Positions 7,665 to 8,363 of a DNA stretch of 8,363 nt are shown here, piece after piece. How positions within the stretch are numbered: the stretch's first letter is position 1; each line of letters starts with the position of its first letter. The stretch comes from Zygnema circumcarinatum SAG 698-1b. Taxonomy: Eukaryota > Plantae > Zygnematophyceae. The stretch spans positions 1 to 8,363 of the forward strand of contig JBBHKD010000063.1 in assembly GCA_037447605.1 (NCBI GenBank). Reading direction: 5' to 3'. The notes below the pieces were generated by a model. The model had not been told where the DNA came from. It saw nothing but the letters and a program-made list of their open reading frames with translations, and did not search any database. The translations under genes were made by a program, and so were the position numbers.

Positions 7665-8363
7665 TTACGTCCGCCCGGTGAATGATGCAGTGACCGTAGC
7701 AAAGTCGATTTGTGCTCCCATCGCAATGAGCCAATCTGAGCCCAGCAGGATAGAATAGTGCTCCGCGGCCGTGATGACCGCATTCACCGTGGCTCCCATC
7801 TCGCCAAGGCTGATGATCACTTGGGCGCTGCCCAATCCTTCATGTAAACTCCCCTCAACCCCCACATATCGGGGGATGGGCTCAAGTGTCTTGTCCAACT
7901 TAACCCCTGCAGCCTTCATTACTGGCTTGGACAGAACTGTGCGCATAGCTCCTGTGTCGATCATGGCTTTGCTTGGATGACCGTTTAGCCATACATTGAC
8001 AATAATTCGCACGTTGGGTGTTGGGATCAGAGGGAGGATCTGAATCTGGCGAGGAGGATGGCGGGGAGAGCGAACTGGGTCTGGAAGAGGCGCCGTGGCC
8101 ATGTGGTGTATGTCTGCCGGCGAGGGGATGTCCGGAGGAGGTGCCATGGGAATCGTGGGAGGCCGCAGGGTGGCCTCGGCACTGTCAGCCAGCTTACGAA
8201 CTACGGCCGCAGCACCTGGAACCAGCTGCATCAACTGTGACAAGGTAATGCCGATCTTAGCCTTGTCTCCCATGAGCTGATGAACCATGCGTTCAATCAG
8301 GGATAGGCCGTCTGTCGGGGGGGGTGGTCGACGATCGGCTGCTTGGGGGTAGAAACGGGCTGC
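7665..8363 (-). CDS. Retropepsin-type aspartic protease with upstream linker, 5'-partial open frame (continues beyond the window)
   Basis: The frame is open from 8363 (AARFYPQAADRRPPPPTDGLSLIER-MVHQ) to TAA at 7665-7667. Catalytic DTG at 7950-7958 (KAMIDTGAMRTVLS) and the C-terminal retropepsin motif ILLGSDWL are present. Confidence 0.9.
   Translation of the reverse strand, partial: AARFYPQAADRRPPPPTDGLSLIERMVHQLMGDKAKIGITLSQLMQLVPGAAAVVRKLADSAEATLRPPTIPMAPPPDIPSPADIHHMATAPLPDPVRSPRHPPRQIQILPLIPTPNVRIIVNVWLNGHPSKAMIDTGAMRTVLSKPVMKAAGVKLDKTLEPIPRYVGVEGSLHEGLGSAQVIISLGEMGATVNAVITAAEHYSILLGSDWLIAMGAQIDFATVTASFTGRT

Larger units (their letters stand above)
5990..8363 (-). mobile_element. Ty3/gypsy retrotransposon copy B (gag linker-PR-RT-RH), same family as copy A, running off the right edge and apparently truncated after RNase H
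   Basis: Intact protease frame with AMIDTGAM. RT N-terminus PWASPAVLPPKSDGTLRFCGDSRKLNAITKWDPYTLP, YADD, and RNase H/connection LGLTSFYRRFIKGYALIARPL...YASR. Collinear reverse-complement similarity to 1766-4150. Confidence 0.93.
5990..8363 (-). repeat. Right arm of the large imperfect inverted repeat (partner 1766-4150); probably extends beyond the window
   Basis: Same anchors as for the left arm. Similarity is still exact at the last base of the window. Confidence 0.95.

Noticed and set aside
7665-7667. TAA directly after the protease as a programmed readthrough site
   Set aside because: Copy A reads cgg-acg-gta-ctc-ctt-ccc-atc (RTVLLPI, 2454-2474) with no stop where copy B has RT*FLLPI, so this looks like a lesion or error. 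Readthrough after the protease is not the known gypsy arrangement.

Overview
The window looks like eukaryotic repetitive DNA made almost entirely of two related Ty3/gypsy (Metaviridae-like) LTR-retrotransposon copies, arranged tail-to-tail. Copy A (+ strand, ~180-5775) shows the whole internal domain order: gag (with CCHC zinc knuckle), aspartic protease, RT (YVDD), RNase H and integrase (D,D35E remnants plus a GPF motif). It is heavily frameshifted downstream of 1828. Copy B (- strand, 8363 down to ~5990) enters the window in the gag/protease linker and carries an intact DTG protease frame, a frameshifted RT (YADD) and a partly intact RNase H. Its similarity to copy A stops right after RNase H. 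Together the copies form an imperfect inverted repeat with ~2.4-kb arms around a ~1.85-kb spacer that holds the integrase. The arms differ by synonymous third-position changes, which points to two separately replicated family members. They also differ by dense single-base indels that look more like long-read error than natural decay. I found no LTR pair, PBS, convincing PPT, RNA gene, CRISPR array or prokaryotic gene. I do not see evidence for a new biological system. The most notable items are the inverted architecture, the unexplained junction and a few atypical motifs. Domain boundaries are approximate and were assigned by eye from motifs.
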